Shown: positions 18,466-26,929 of the stretch, piece by piece
How positions within the stretch are numbered: position 1 is the stretch's first letter
Layout: each line of letters starts with the position of its first letter
Assembly: GCA_017524845.1 (NCBI GenBank)
Contig: JAFXUU010000118.1
Span: 101-64,100, forward strand
Length of the DNA stretch: 64,000 bases
DNA from: Oscillospiraceae bacterium
Lineage (GTDB): Bacteria; Bacillota; Clostridia; Oscillospirales; Oscillospiraceae
Direction of reading: 5' to 3'
Notes under the pieces: model-generated
What the model saw: only the letters and a program-made list of their open reading frames with translations
What the model was told of the DNA's origin: nothing
The model's database searches: none
Made by a program: the position numbers and the translations under genes

Positions 18466-18494
18466 ATTCTACCACGGAACCGGCGCGATGGAAA
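18466..18494 (-). promoter_or_regulatory. promoter candidate for the nitrogenase-like operon
   Basis: Minus strand: TTTCCA, 17 nt, TGgTAGAAT (extended -10), about 55 nt upstream of ATG 18406. Confidence 0.4.
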
Positions 18495-18533
18495 GCATTT
18501 CCCGGGAAATGGGGAGACGCCCGCCGCCGGGGC

Positions 18534-18562
18534 TTTCCAAATCCCCGGGTCTGTGCTATACT
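18534..18562 (+). promoter_or_regulatory. promoter candidate for the divergent membrane-protein gene
   Basis: TTTCCA, 17 nt, TGcTATACT. Confidence 0.4.
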
Positions 18563-18606
18563 CGGGCCAAACGGTCCCGGCGGGGAGAAGGGAGGAGGCC
18601 CGGGGA

Positions 18607-19518
18607 ATGGAACAGATCCTCAACGAAAACCGGCGGCAGTGCAAATACGCCCTCACCAGCGCGGTGGTGGTGGTGCTCTGCGTCATCGCCGGGGTCACCA
18701 TGAACCTGACCACCGTCAACGACGAGAATTTCGACAACATGGGGCTGCGCACCTTCTGCATGTTCACGGTCAACTCCAACCTCTTCGCGGGAGCCGCCCT
18801 GGCCCTGGTCTTCCCCTTCACCGTGGAGGGCATACGGAAGCACAACTACCATATGCCCAACTGGGTGGTGGACCTGGTCTACATGGGCGTCACCGCCGTC
18901 ACCCTCACCTTCCTCATTTCCCTCTTCGTCCTGTCCCCGGTGAAGGGCTTCCGGCTGATCTTCACCGGCTCCCGCTTCTTCCTCCACGGCATCTGTCCCA
19001 TCCTGGCGGCGAACGCCTTCTGCTTTTTCATCAGCGACCACCGCGTCGGCATAGGGGAATCCTTCCTGCCCCTGATCCCCGTGTCCGTCTACGCCGCGCT
19101 CTACTACGTCATGGTGGTGGTGATCGGGGAGGAAAACGGCGGCTGGCGGGATTTCTACGGCTTCGCCACCTTCGTCCCCGTCTGGATCCCCATGGCCCTG
19201 ATCCTTCCCCTGACCTACGCCATCGCCACCTTCCTCCGGCTGCTGCACAACCGCCTGTACGACCGGCGGCGGAAGGAGGAGGCGGAGCTCTACACCCGGG
19301 AATTCGGCGGGAAGGACATCCGGGAGAGCGTGGCGGCCCTGGCCCGGGCCCAGGCGCGGGTGCACCGGCTCTCGGTGATCCCGGTGCCCATCCGGATCAT
19401 CAGCCTCATGGTGGAGCGCAGCGGGGGCGACTGCTCCGTGGAGGAGGCCTGCGACCGCTATATGGAGGCCTACCTGGCGGACCGGCGGAAGGCCCTGGAG
19501 GCCTCCCTGAAAAAGTAG
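18607..19518 (+). CDS. multi-pass membrane protein with a cytoplasmic helical tail, function unknown
   Basis: [12 protein letters not shown] before ATG 18607. At least 6 hydrophobic helices, then a charged C-terminal region [14 protein letters not shown]... Confidence 0.65.
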   Translation: MEQILNENRRQCKYALTSAVVVVLCVIAGVTMNLTTVNDENFDNMGLRTFCMFTVNSNLFAGAALALVFPFTVEGIRKHNYHMPNWVVDLVYMGVTAVTLTFLISLFVLSPVKGFRLIFTGSRFFLHGICPILAANAFCFFISDHRVGIGESFLPLIPVSVYAALYYVMVVVIGEENGGWRDFYGFATFVPVWIPMALILPLTYAIATFLRLLHNRLYDRRRKEEAELYTREFGGKDIRESVAALARAQARVHRLSVIPVPIRIISLMVERSGGDCSVEEACDRYMEAYLADRRKALEASLKK

Positions 19519-19519
19519 G

Positions 19520-19990
19520 CTACCGTTTCCCGTACCGGTCCCCCAGGGCATCCCGGGCGGCGGCGGCAAAGCGCCGCCAGAAGGAGCTCACGTTCTGCCG
19601 GGTGCAGCCCAGGGTCCGGGCGATGTCCGTGAAGCTGCGCCCCCGGAAGACGTGGAGCTCGATGACGGCGAGGGTCTCCGGGGTCTGGGAAAGCAGCAGG
19701 CTCTGCAGGGTCGGGTCTTCGATCTCCTCCAGCCAGCCCAGACGCACCCCGGCGGGCATGCCGTCCGCCTCCGGCGCGGGCTCCTCCGGGGCCGCCTCCG
19801 GATCCAGACCGCCGATCAGCAGGGGCTGGTTGTGCACGTAAAAGCGCCGGTCGCTCCGCAGGACGGCCGCGTCGAATTCCTTCATGGCGGCGATCTGCTC
19901 CTCCGTCATCCCCGCCCGCCGCCAGGCCTCCGCCTGCTTTTCCTGCCGGGCTTCAAAATCCCTCCGTTTGTTTCCGTTGTTCCAGGACAT
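19520..19990 (-). CDS. small sigma-70 region-4-like HTH protein (mobile-element-type regulator)
   Basis: GGAGGAAAC RBS before ATG 19990. C-terminal LAVIELHVFRGRSFTDIARTLGCTRQNVSSFWRRF resembles sigma70 r4. Confidence 0.65.
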   Translation of the reverse strand: MSWNNGNKRRDFEARQEKQAEAWRRAGMTEEQIAAMKEFDAAVLRSDRRFYVHNQPLLIGGLDPEAAPEEPAPEADGMPAGVRLGWLEEIEDPTLQSLLLSQTPETLAVIELHVFRGRSFTDIARTLGCTRQNVSSFWRRFAAAARDALGDRYGKR

Positions 19991-20034
19991 GGGTTTCCTC
20001 CTTCGCGTTTCCCGGCCCTGCCCGGCCGGAGGAC

Positions 20035-20108
20035 GCAAAAAGCCGCCTGATCTGCGTCGGAGCGGGGCCGTGCGTGAGCACGGTCCTTTTCTCTGCAAAT
20101 CAGGCGGC
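20035..20108 (-). terminator. long stem-loop plus U-tract (terminator or attenuator) between the zinc-ribbon and sigma-like genes
   Basis: Minus strand: GCCGCCTGAT...(inner hairpin CCGTGC-TCAC-GCACGG)...ATCAGGCGGC followed by TTTTTGC. Confidence 0.35.
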
Positions 20109-20211
20109 ACATGGGAAGCGTCGCGTTTCCGCGGTTCCGGGGCACGAGCCTGGGTCGATGCTGTTCAGTTGTTTTTCCGGCTGCGCCGAAGCCCGGCGGG
20201 CCGGATTTTTG

Positions 20212-20457
20212 TTATGCGCCGGTGCGGTTCCTGCGGAAGGACACCGGCGGGAAGACGACCTCCTCCCCGCAGACGGGGCATTTCAGGCTGCTGGGGCCGT
20301 GGCTCCCCCGGTAGAGGATCTCCACCTTGTGGTCGCAGAAGGGACAGATCCGCGCCAGGGTGTACTGGCCGCAGCACTGCTCCCTCAGCCGGCTCTGCTC
20401 CTCCATGGCCCGGGCGTATCGGGCCGGGTCCTGCTCTTTTGCGTTGTATTTCGGCAT
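20212..20457 (-). CDS. small zinc-ribbon protein (81 aa)
   Basis: MPKYNAKEQ... with CPFC-x22-CPVC. Not listed separately in the track; it is the 3' part of a longer shadow-extended ORF. The start overlaps the ImmA-like gene end by 73 nt. Confidence 0.5.
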   Translation of the reverse strand: MPKYNAKEQDPARYARAMEEQSRLREQCCGQYTLARICPFCDHKVEILYRGSHGPSSLKCPVCGEEVVFPPVSFRRNRTGA

Positions 20458-21137
20458 GCGTTTCCCTCCAGAACGGCGTAGTCTTCCTCGTCCATGAGGA
20501 CGTCGGGCGGGGAACGGCGGCCGGGCTCCCGCACTGAAAGACCCAGCTGCTTCAGCCGGATGCCCAGAGCCTGCCGGGAGACCCCCAGGGCCTCCGCCAG
20601 AGCGCCGAAGCGGCCCCAGCTCTCCGGGTCCAGCCGCGGGTCCAGGTACTGCCGGGGCGCGGGAAAGCCGAATTCCGGCAGCCGCCGGGCCAGCAGGGGC
20701 CTGGGCATCAGCAGGGCGGCGGCCAGGGCGTCCGCCCGCCGCTCCTCCGCCCGGCAGAGGCAGGACCGGGCCGGGCCCGTCTCCGGGCGTCGGCGGGCGA
20801 GCAGCAGATGGCTCACCTCGTGCATCAGGGTGAAGCGGCAGCGGCCGGGACTGGCCCAGGGGGAGAAAAGCGCCGGGTCCAGCAGGACGGTGCGCCCGTC
20901 CAGGTAGTAGTGGCAGAGCTGCCCGGCGTAGTTCCACACGGGGACGCCCACGGGCGACGCCGCCGTGAGCCCCAGCAGGGCCCCGCCGGGGCTGAGGCGG
21001 CGGCAGACGATCCGCAGCCCCAGCAGCTCCCGGGCCAGCCTTTCCGGCTCCACCCGGCCCTCCGGGATCCCGGGCAGGGCCAGATAGGCCCGGTAGACCT
21101 CCTCCGCCAGGCGCTCCAGCGCCTCCCGTTCCTCCAT
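20385..21137 (-). CDS. ImmA/IrrE-family zinc metallopeptidase
   Basis: HEXXH motif in FTLMHEVSHLLL. C-terminal HTH-like LAEALGVSRQALGIRLKQLG. ATG 21137 (MEEREALERL). Confidence 0.75.
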   Translation of the reverse strand: MEEREALERLAEEVYRAYLALPGIPEGRVEPERLARELLGLRIVCRRLSPGGALLGLTAASPVGVPVWNYAGQLCHYYLDGRTVLLDPALFSPWASPGRCRFTLMHEVSHLLLARRRPETGPARSCLCRAEERRADALAAALLMPRPLLARRLPEFGFPAPRQYLDPRLDPESWGRFGALAEALGVSRQALGIRLKQLGLSVREPGRRSPPDVLMDEEDYAVLEGNACRNTTQKSRTRPDTPGPWRSRAG

Positions 21138-21173
21138 CCGTTTCGACCTCCGTTCCCTTGCTGCCCAAGAATA

Positions 21174-21222
21174 GCACCCCTGATACGGGTTGTAAATACC
21201 GCATTTGCACCCCTGATAAGGG
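21174..21222. promoter_or_regulatory. direct 16-bp repeat in the divergent control region (candidate operator pair)
   Basis: GCACCCCTGATACGGG (21174-21189) and GCACCCCTGATAAGGG (21207-21222), 33 bp apart, abut the -35 of the repressor promoter. Confidence 0.45.
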
Positions 21223-21232
21223 CGGTTCTTCC

Positions 21233-21262
21233 TTGACAGGGCCGCGCCCGGCGGAGTATAAT
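21233..21262 (+). promoter_or_regulatory. consensus promoter for the S24-repressor gene
   Basis: TTGACA, 18 nt, TATAAT, 34 nt before ATG 21296. Confidence 0.6.
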
Positions 21263-21295
21263 CCTTCAAAGAAAGCAGCGGAAGGAGAGCGCGCG

Positions 21296-22105
21296 ATGGC
21301 AGGGCAGGGAAAAAAGACGCCGGAGCGTCTGTATCCGGGGGATTACGACGCCGGGGCGGCGGCCGCCGCCAACACCGTGGGCCGCCGTCTGGCGGAGGGC
21401 CGGCGGCGGCTGGGGCTGAACCAGGCGGCCTTCGCCCGGCGTCTGGGGGAGCTGGGGGTGGAGATCGGCCTCCGGGGCTACGCCAAGTGGGAAACGGGGG
21501 AAACGGTGCCGGGGGCCTATCAGCTGCTGGCCGCCGCCCGGCTCCTGGGGGAGGATTCCCTGGATTATTTCACCGGGGCCGCGCCGGAGCTCAACGAAGA
21601 GGGGCTCCGCCGCCTGCGGGACTACCGGGAGGACCTGGTGGCCTCCGGGCGCTATCGGCCTTTCCCGGCGGCGAAGGAGGCCGTCCCCCTGCGGGAGATG
21701 CTCTTCAGCCGCCTCCGGCCCTCCGCCGGGCCGGGGAACACGCTGGACGAGGAATTTTTCGAAAAGCGCCTCTTCCCGGCGGACGCCGTGCCCCCCGGGG
21801 CGGATTTCGCCGTCTGCGTGGACGGGGACAGCATGGAGCCCGTCTACCGGGACGGGCAGCTGGTGTGGGTGCAGCGCTGCGCCCGCCTCCGCCCGGGGGA
21901 AACGGGCCTCGTCTGCTACGACGGCAGCAGCTACGTCAAGGTCTACGGGGAGCGGGAGCCCCCCGCCGGGCTCCGGCCGCTGTTCACGGATTCCGAGGGC
22001 GTCGTCTATCCCCAGCCGGTGCTGATCTCCTGCAACCGGGAGAAATACCCGCCCGTGCCCGTCCATCCGGAAAAGGGCTTCGCCGTGGTGGGCCGGGTGC
22101 TGTGA
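21296..22105 (+). CDS. CI/LexA-like repressor: XRE HTH plus S24 self-cleaving peptidase domain
   Basis: HTH region RRLAEGRRRLGLNQAAFARRLG. S24 Ser motif VDGDSMEPVYRDGQLVWV and the downstream Lys in SSYVKVYGE. GGAAGGAGAG RBS. Confidence 0.85.
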   Translation: MAGQGKKTPERLYPGDYDAGAAAAANTVGRRLAEGRRRLGLNQAAFARRLGELGVEIGLRGYAKWETGETVPGAYQLLAAARLLGEDSLDYFTGAAPELNEEGLRRLRDYREDLVASGRYRPFPAAKEAVPLREMLFSRLRPSAGPGNTLDEEFFEKRLFPADAVPPGADFAVCVDGDSMEPVYRDGQLVWVQRCARLRPGETGLVCYDGSSYVKVYGEREPPAGLRPLFTDSEGVVYPQPVLISCNREKYPPVPVHPEKGFAVVGRVL

Positions 22106-22275
22106 AACCGTGGTCATCCTGCACAGAGGAGAAGCCCGGCGGGGGAAATAACTGTGCCATTTCCCGGAAAATGAAATTGATACTTCCGTTTTGCGCGTTT
22201 TCAGAGTAGAATATCCGATATTCATTGCCGGGACCCGGCGGCCGCCGCCGGGGCATATGGGAGCCTAGAGAGAAA

Positions 22276-23544
22276 ATGTCAGCAGAATTCACCAAAGAAA
22301 TGAAGCGCGGCTACACCATCATCGCGCCGGATATGTTCCCCACCCACATGGAGCTGCTCCAGGCCATTTTCCGCCTCAGCGGCTACAACGTGGAGGTGGT
22401 GCGCTACGAGGGGAAAAAGGTCATCGACACGGGCCTGAAATACCTGCACAACGACGTGTGCTATCCCGCCGTCTGCGCCCTGGGCCAGCAGATCTACGCC
22501 CTCACCTGCGGGGACTACGATCCCCGGAGAAGCGCCCTCATCATGTTCCAGACCGGGGGCGGCTGCCGGGCCTCCAACTACATCATGCTTCTTCGCAAGG
22601 CCCTGGAGAACATGGACATGGGCTACGTGCCCGTCATCTCCCTGAGCCTGGGGGGCGTGGAGAAGTCCTCCGGCTTCCGCTTCACCCCCTTCATGCTTCT
22701 GGCGGGCATCCGGGCCGTCCTCTACGGGGACATGCTCCTCCTGCTGAAGAACCAGACCCTGCCCTACGAGGTGAACCCCGGGGACACGGAGGCCGTGGTG
22801 AAGAAGTGGATCGGCCGGCTGACGGAGCAGTTTGCCCGCCGCCGGGGCCTGAGCGGCCGGGCCGTGCGCCGGAATCTCCGGGCCATGGCGGAGGATTTCC
22901 ACCGCATTCCCCGGGAAAAGCGGGAGGTCACCAAGGTGGGCATCGTGGGGGAGATCTACGTGAAATACGCCGCCTTCGGCAACAACGGGCTGGAGCGCTT
23001 CCTGCTGAGCCAGGGCTGCGAGGTCATGGTCCCCGGCGCCCTGGGCTTCTTCCAGTACTGCTTTGCCAACATGGAGACGGACCACGCCTACTACGGCGCG
23101 CCCCGGCGGAACGTCTGGGCGGGGAACCTGGCCCTGCGCATCTCCGAGCGCTGGGAGAAGGAGATGCTGAAGGCCCTGGAGGACTATCCCGAATTCGTGC
23201 CCCCCGTCTCCTTCGACCGGGTGAAGGAGCTGGCCGACGAGGTCATCGACCGGGGCGTGAAGATGGGGGAGGGCTGGCTCCTGCCGGGGGAAACGGCGGC
23301 CCTCATCGAAAAGGGCTATACCAGCGTCGTCTGCGCCCAGCCCTTCGGCTGCCTGCCCAACCACATCGTGGGCAAGGGCACCGTGCGGCGGCTGCGGGAG
23401 AAGTATCCGCGGGCCAACATCTTCCCCGTGGACTACGACGCCGGGGCCTCCCGGGTCAATCAGGAAAACCGGATCAAGCTGATGCTGGCCATCGCCAGGG
23501 ACGGGGAAGCCTTCCCCGCCGGGGCGGCGGCCGGGACTACATAA
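22276..23544 (+). CDS. 2-hydroxyacyl-CoA dehydratase / BcrC-BadD-HgdB-family subunit-like protein
   Basis: YTIIAPDMFPTHMELLQAIF...NDVCYPAVCALGQ...FQTGGGCRASNY...VVCAQPFGCLPNH is typical of proteins paired with BcrAD/BadFG activases. Confidence 0.7.
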   Translation: MSAEFTKEMKRGYTIIAPDMFPTHMELLQAIFRLSGYNVEVVRYEGKKVIDTGLKYLHNDVCYPAVCALGQQIYALTCGDYDPRRSALIMFQTGGGCRASNYIMLLRKALENMDMGYVPVISLSLGGVEKSSGFRFTPFMLLAGIRAVLYGDMLLLLKNQTLPYEVNPGDTEAVVKKWIGRLTEQFARRRGLSGRAVRRNLRAMAEDFHRIPREKREVTKVGIVGEIYVKYAAFGNNGLERFLLSQGCEVMVPGALGFFQYCFANMETDHAYYGAPRRNVWAGNLALRISERWEKEMLKALEDYPEFVPPVSFDRVKELADEVIDRGVKMGEGWLLPGETAALIEKGYTSVVCAQPFGCLPNHIVGKGTVRRLREKYPRANIFPVDYDAGASRVNQENRIKLMLAIARDGEAFPAGAAAGTT

Positions 23545-23555
23545 AGGGATATCGC

Positions 23556-26495
23556 ATGATGAAACTTGGCATCGACGTCGGGTCCACCACCCTCAAGTGC
23601 GCCGTACTGGATGAAAACGGCGCGCTTCTGTATTCCGAATACATGCGCCACTATTCCCGCATCGCGGAGAACCTGGGGCAGATGCTGGGCAGGCTGGCGG
23701 AGCGCTTCCCCGGGGAAGAACCGGCCCTGTCCCTCTCCGGCTCCGCGGGGATGGGGCTGGCGGACGAGCTGGGCCTCCCCTTCGTGCAGGAGGTCTACGC
23801 GGAGCGCGTCGCCGTGCGGAGGCTCATGCCGGGGACGGACGTGGTCGTGGAGCTGGGCGGGTAGGACGCGAAGATCCTCTTCCTCACCGGCGGCTTCGAG
23901 ATGCGAATGAACGGCACCTGCGCCGGGGGCACCGGCGCCTTCATCGACCAGATGGCCTCCCTGATGCAGGTCTCCGCCGAGGAACTGAACGCCCTGGCGG
24001 AGAAGAAGGAAAAGCTCTATACCATCGCCTCCCGCTGCGGCGTCTTCGCGAAGTCCGACGTGCAGCCCCTGCTGAACCAGGGGGCGCGGAAGGAGGACGT
24101 GGCCGCCAGCATCTTCTACGCCGTGGTGAACCAGACCGTGGCCGGTCTGGCCCAGGGCCGGGAATTCAAGGGGAACATCCTCTATCTGGGCGGGCCCCTC
24201 ACCTTCCTGGGCGCCCTGCGCGCCGCCTTCGACGACGTGCTGGACACCGTCGGCGTCTGCCCGGAAAACTCCCTTTACTACGTGGCCATGGGGGCCGCTA
24301 TGGCGGGGGTGGGCACGGCCCGGAGCCTCCCGGCCCTCATCGAGCGGCTGAAAAAGGGCACCGGCAGCGGCAATTACGTGGCCTGCGAGCCGCTTTTCAC
24401 CTCGGAGGAGGAATACGCCGCCTTCCTTCGGCGGCACCGCCGCGCCTCCGAGGGGATCGTCGAGATCCCGGCCCCCGACGGCCCCATGTACCTGGGGGTG
24501 GACGCGGGCTCCACCACGGTGAAGGCCGTCCTCTGCGACGGCGAGGGCCGCCTCTTCCGCCCCTTCTACGCCTCCAACCACGGGAATCCCGTGCCCCTGA
24601 TCCGGGGCTATCTGGAGGCGCTCTACCGGGATTTCCCGGCGATCGACATCGCCGGGAGCGCCGTCACCGGCTACGGGGAGGAGATCATCAAGGCCGCCTT
24701 CCGCCTGGACCGGGGCCTGGTGGAGACCGTGGCCCACTACACCGCGGCGAAGCGTTTCCGGCCCGACGTGGACTTCATCCTGGACATCGGCGGCCAGGAC
24801 ATCAAGTGCTTCCAGATCCGGGGCGGGGCCATCGACAACATCTTCCTCAACGAAGCCTGCTCCTCCGGCTGCGGCTCCTTCCTGCAGACCTTCGCCGAGG
24901 CCCTGGGCTATACCGTGGAGGAATTTGCCCGCCTGGGCCTCTGCGCGAAGAAGCCCGTGGACCTGGGCTCCCGCTGCACCGTCTTCATGAACAGCTCCGT
25001 GAAGCAGGCCCAGAAGGACGGGGCCACCGTGGAGGATATCGCGGCGGGCCTCTCCATCAGCGTGGTGAAAAACGCCCTGTACAAGGTCATCCGCTGCGCG
25101 AGCGGAGACCGGCTGGGCAAAAGCATCGTGGTGCAGGGCGGCACCTTCCTGAACGACGCCGTGCTCCGGGCCTTCGAGCGGGAGACGGGGGCGGAGGTCA
25201 TCCGCCCGGCCTTCGCCCCCCTCATGGGAGCCTACGGCGCGGCCCTCCACGCCCTCAGCCGGGGGCGGGACGGGAGCCTGCCCGGGGTGCTGAAGGCCCC
25301 GGAGCTCATGGCCTTCACCCATAAGGTCGCCGCCGTCTCCTGTCAGGGCTGCACCAACCGCTGCAGCCTCACGGTCAACGATTTCGGCGACGGGCGGCGC
25401 TACGTGGCGGGCAACCGCTGCGAGCGCCCCGTGAGCGGGAAAAAGGGCGGGGAGGCCCGCAATCTCTACGACTATAAGCTCAGCCTCCTCTCCGCCTGCA
25501 TGAAAAACGAGCGGGAGCCCGGGAAGCGCACCGTGGGCCTCCCCATGGGCCTGAATTTCTACGACCTGCTGCCCTTCTGGCACGCCTTCTGGAAGGCCCT
25601 GGGCTTCAACGTGCTGGTAAGCCCCCTCTCCACCCGGGACCTCTACCTCAGAGGCCAGCATACCATCCCCTCCGACACGGTCTGCTACCCGGCCAAGCTC
25701 ATGCACGGGCATATGGAATGGCTCCTGGAGCAGAAGCCGGACGCGGTGTTCTACCCCAACATGAGCTACAACACCGAGGAGGGCCTGGGGGTCAACCACT
25801 TCAACTGCCCCGTGGTGGCCTACTATCCCCAGGTGCTGAAGATGAACATGCCCAACCTGCGCGACGCGGTCTTCATCGACGATTTCGTCAGCGTGGCGGA
25901 GGAAAAGCAGTTCGTCCGCCGCATGGGGGAGATCCTGCGGAAGACCTGGCCGGACCTGGACCGGAAGCGGATCAAAGCCGCCGCCGGGGAGGCCTACAGG
26001 GCCTACGGGGAATACTTCGCGGCCCTGCGGGCGAAGGGGGAGGAATACCTCCGCTCCGCCCGGGCCGAGGGGAAGCCGGTGATCGTCCTTGCCGGCCGCC
26101 CCTACCACGCGGACCCGGAGATCAACCACGGCATCCACGAGCTCATCGGCCGCCTGGGGGCCGCCGTGATCACGGAGGACAGCGTCAGCCATCTGGTGGA
26201 GCCCTTCCCCGTGGCCGTGCGCAACCAGTGGACCTACCACGCCCGCCTCTACGCGGCGGCGAAGTGGGTGGCCGCCGCGGATCCCGACGTGAACCTGGTG
26301 CAGCTGGTGTCCTTCGGCTGCGGGGTGGACGCCATCACCACCGACGAGGTGCGGTCCATCCTGGAGCGGGCGGGGAAGATCTACACCCAGATCAAGATCG
26401 ACGAGATCTCCAATATGGGCGCGGTGAACATCCGCCTGCGGAGCCTTTTCTCCGCCGTGGAGGATAAGGCGAGGGCGGCGAAGGCCGAAGGATGA
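23556..26495 (+). pseudogene. activase-type protein (two BcrAD/BadFG ATPase domains plus a C-terminal dehydratase-like domain), a single 979-codon frame interrupted by an in-frame TAG at 23862-23864
   Basis: Fragments 23556-23864 (MMKLGIDVGSTTLKCAV...VVELGG*) and 23901-26495 are in the same frame. The stop sits where the second domain has IGGQDIK. Downstream motifs are MNGTCAGGTGAFID, GVDAGSTTVKAV and LNEACSSGCGSFL. Confidence 0.8.
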
Positions 26496-26516
26496 GGGCG
26501 CCGTGCAGTTCCGAAC

Positions 26517-26668
26517 CGGACAGGACGGGGTGACCGCAAGAGAGCAAGCGCACCAGGACCGGGCGGACACCCCGCCATGACCTCAGGCGGGCAACCGCGG
26601 CGACCCCCCGGCGGACACCCCGTCATGCCCCCCGGCGGACAGGACGGGGTGACCGCAAGAGGGCAAGC
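26517..26668 (+). repeat. pair of 33-nt direct repeats 119 nt apart, enclosing a second shorter direct repeat
   Basis: cggacaggacggggtgaccgcaagag(a/g)gcaagc occurs at 26517-26549 and 26636-26668. ggcggacaccccg(c/t)catg occurs at 26562 and 26610. Confidence 0.85.
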
Positions 26669-26871
26669 ATCCTTCCCCCTAATTAAAACTATATAATAAA
26701 AACAAAAGATCTATCAGGAAGGAAAAATAGAAACAGGCTTTTCCCGCCCCGGCTTCTCCGAAGCCGCCTGCCTGAGCAGAGCGTTTTTTCTTTGGGGAAC
26801 GGACGGGGGCTCTCCGTCCGCCCGCAGGCGGCGCAAAAGCGCGGGCCCCCGGGATCGGCCCGGGGACCGAC

Positions 26872-26909
26872 GAACGAAAACTCCCGACCGGCGGCTTGCC
26901 GGTCGGGAG
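26872..26909 (-). terminator. rho-independent terminator of copA
   Basis: Minus strand: CTCCCGACCGG-CAAGCCG-CCGGTCGGGAG followed by TTTTCGTTCG. Confidence 0.8.
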
Positions 26910-26929
26910 TTCAGCGTGTTTGCCGGGGC

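Noticed and set aside
19520-22105. An intact prophage or integrative conjugative element.
   Set aside because: Only regulatory genes are present. There are no integrase, excisionase, replication, structural or conjugation genes, no flanking direct repeats and no compositional shift. The flanks are ordinary chromosomal genes.
23862-23864. In-frame TAG as a programmed recoding event (pyrrolysine or suppressor read-through).
   Set aside because: No pyl genes are visible. TAG is used as an ordinary terminator by other genes in the window (for example 19516-19518). The paralogous position is Gln in the second domain, so a point mutation or base-call error is the simpler explanation.
23460-26570. 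1036-aa minus-strand ORF opposite the activase gene. The same applies to 26792-29896 (+) opposite copA, 74-1675 (+) opposite the flavoprotein, and 16091-18466 (+) opposite the NifH-NifD fusion.
   Set aside because: All are shadow ORFs. The opposite strand carries strong family signatures, and these frames lack RBS/start context and any recognisable domain.
26517-26668. A CRISPR array, because of the 33-nt direct repeats.
   Set aside because: There are only two copies, the spacing is 119 nt and contains its own internal repeat, no cas genes are present, and the repeat lacks typical CRISPR repeat features.
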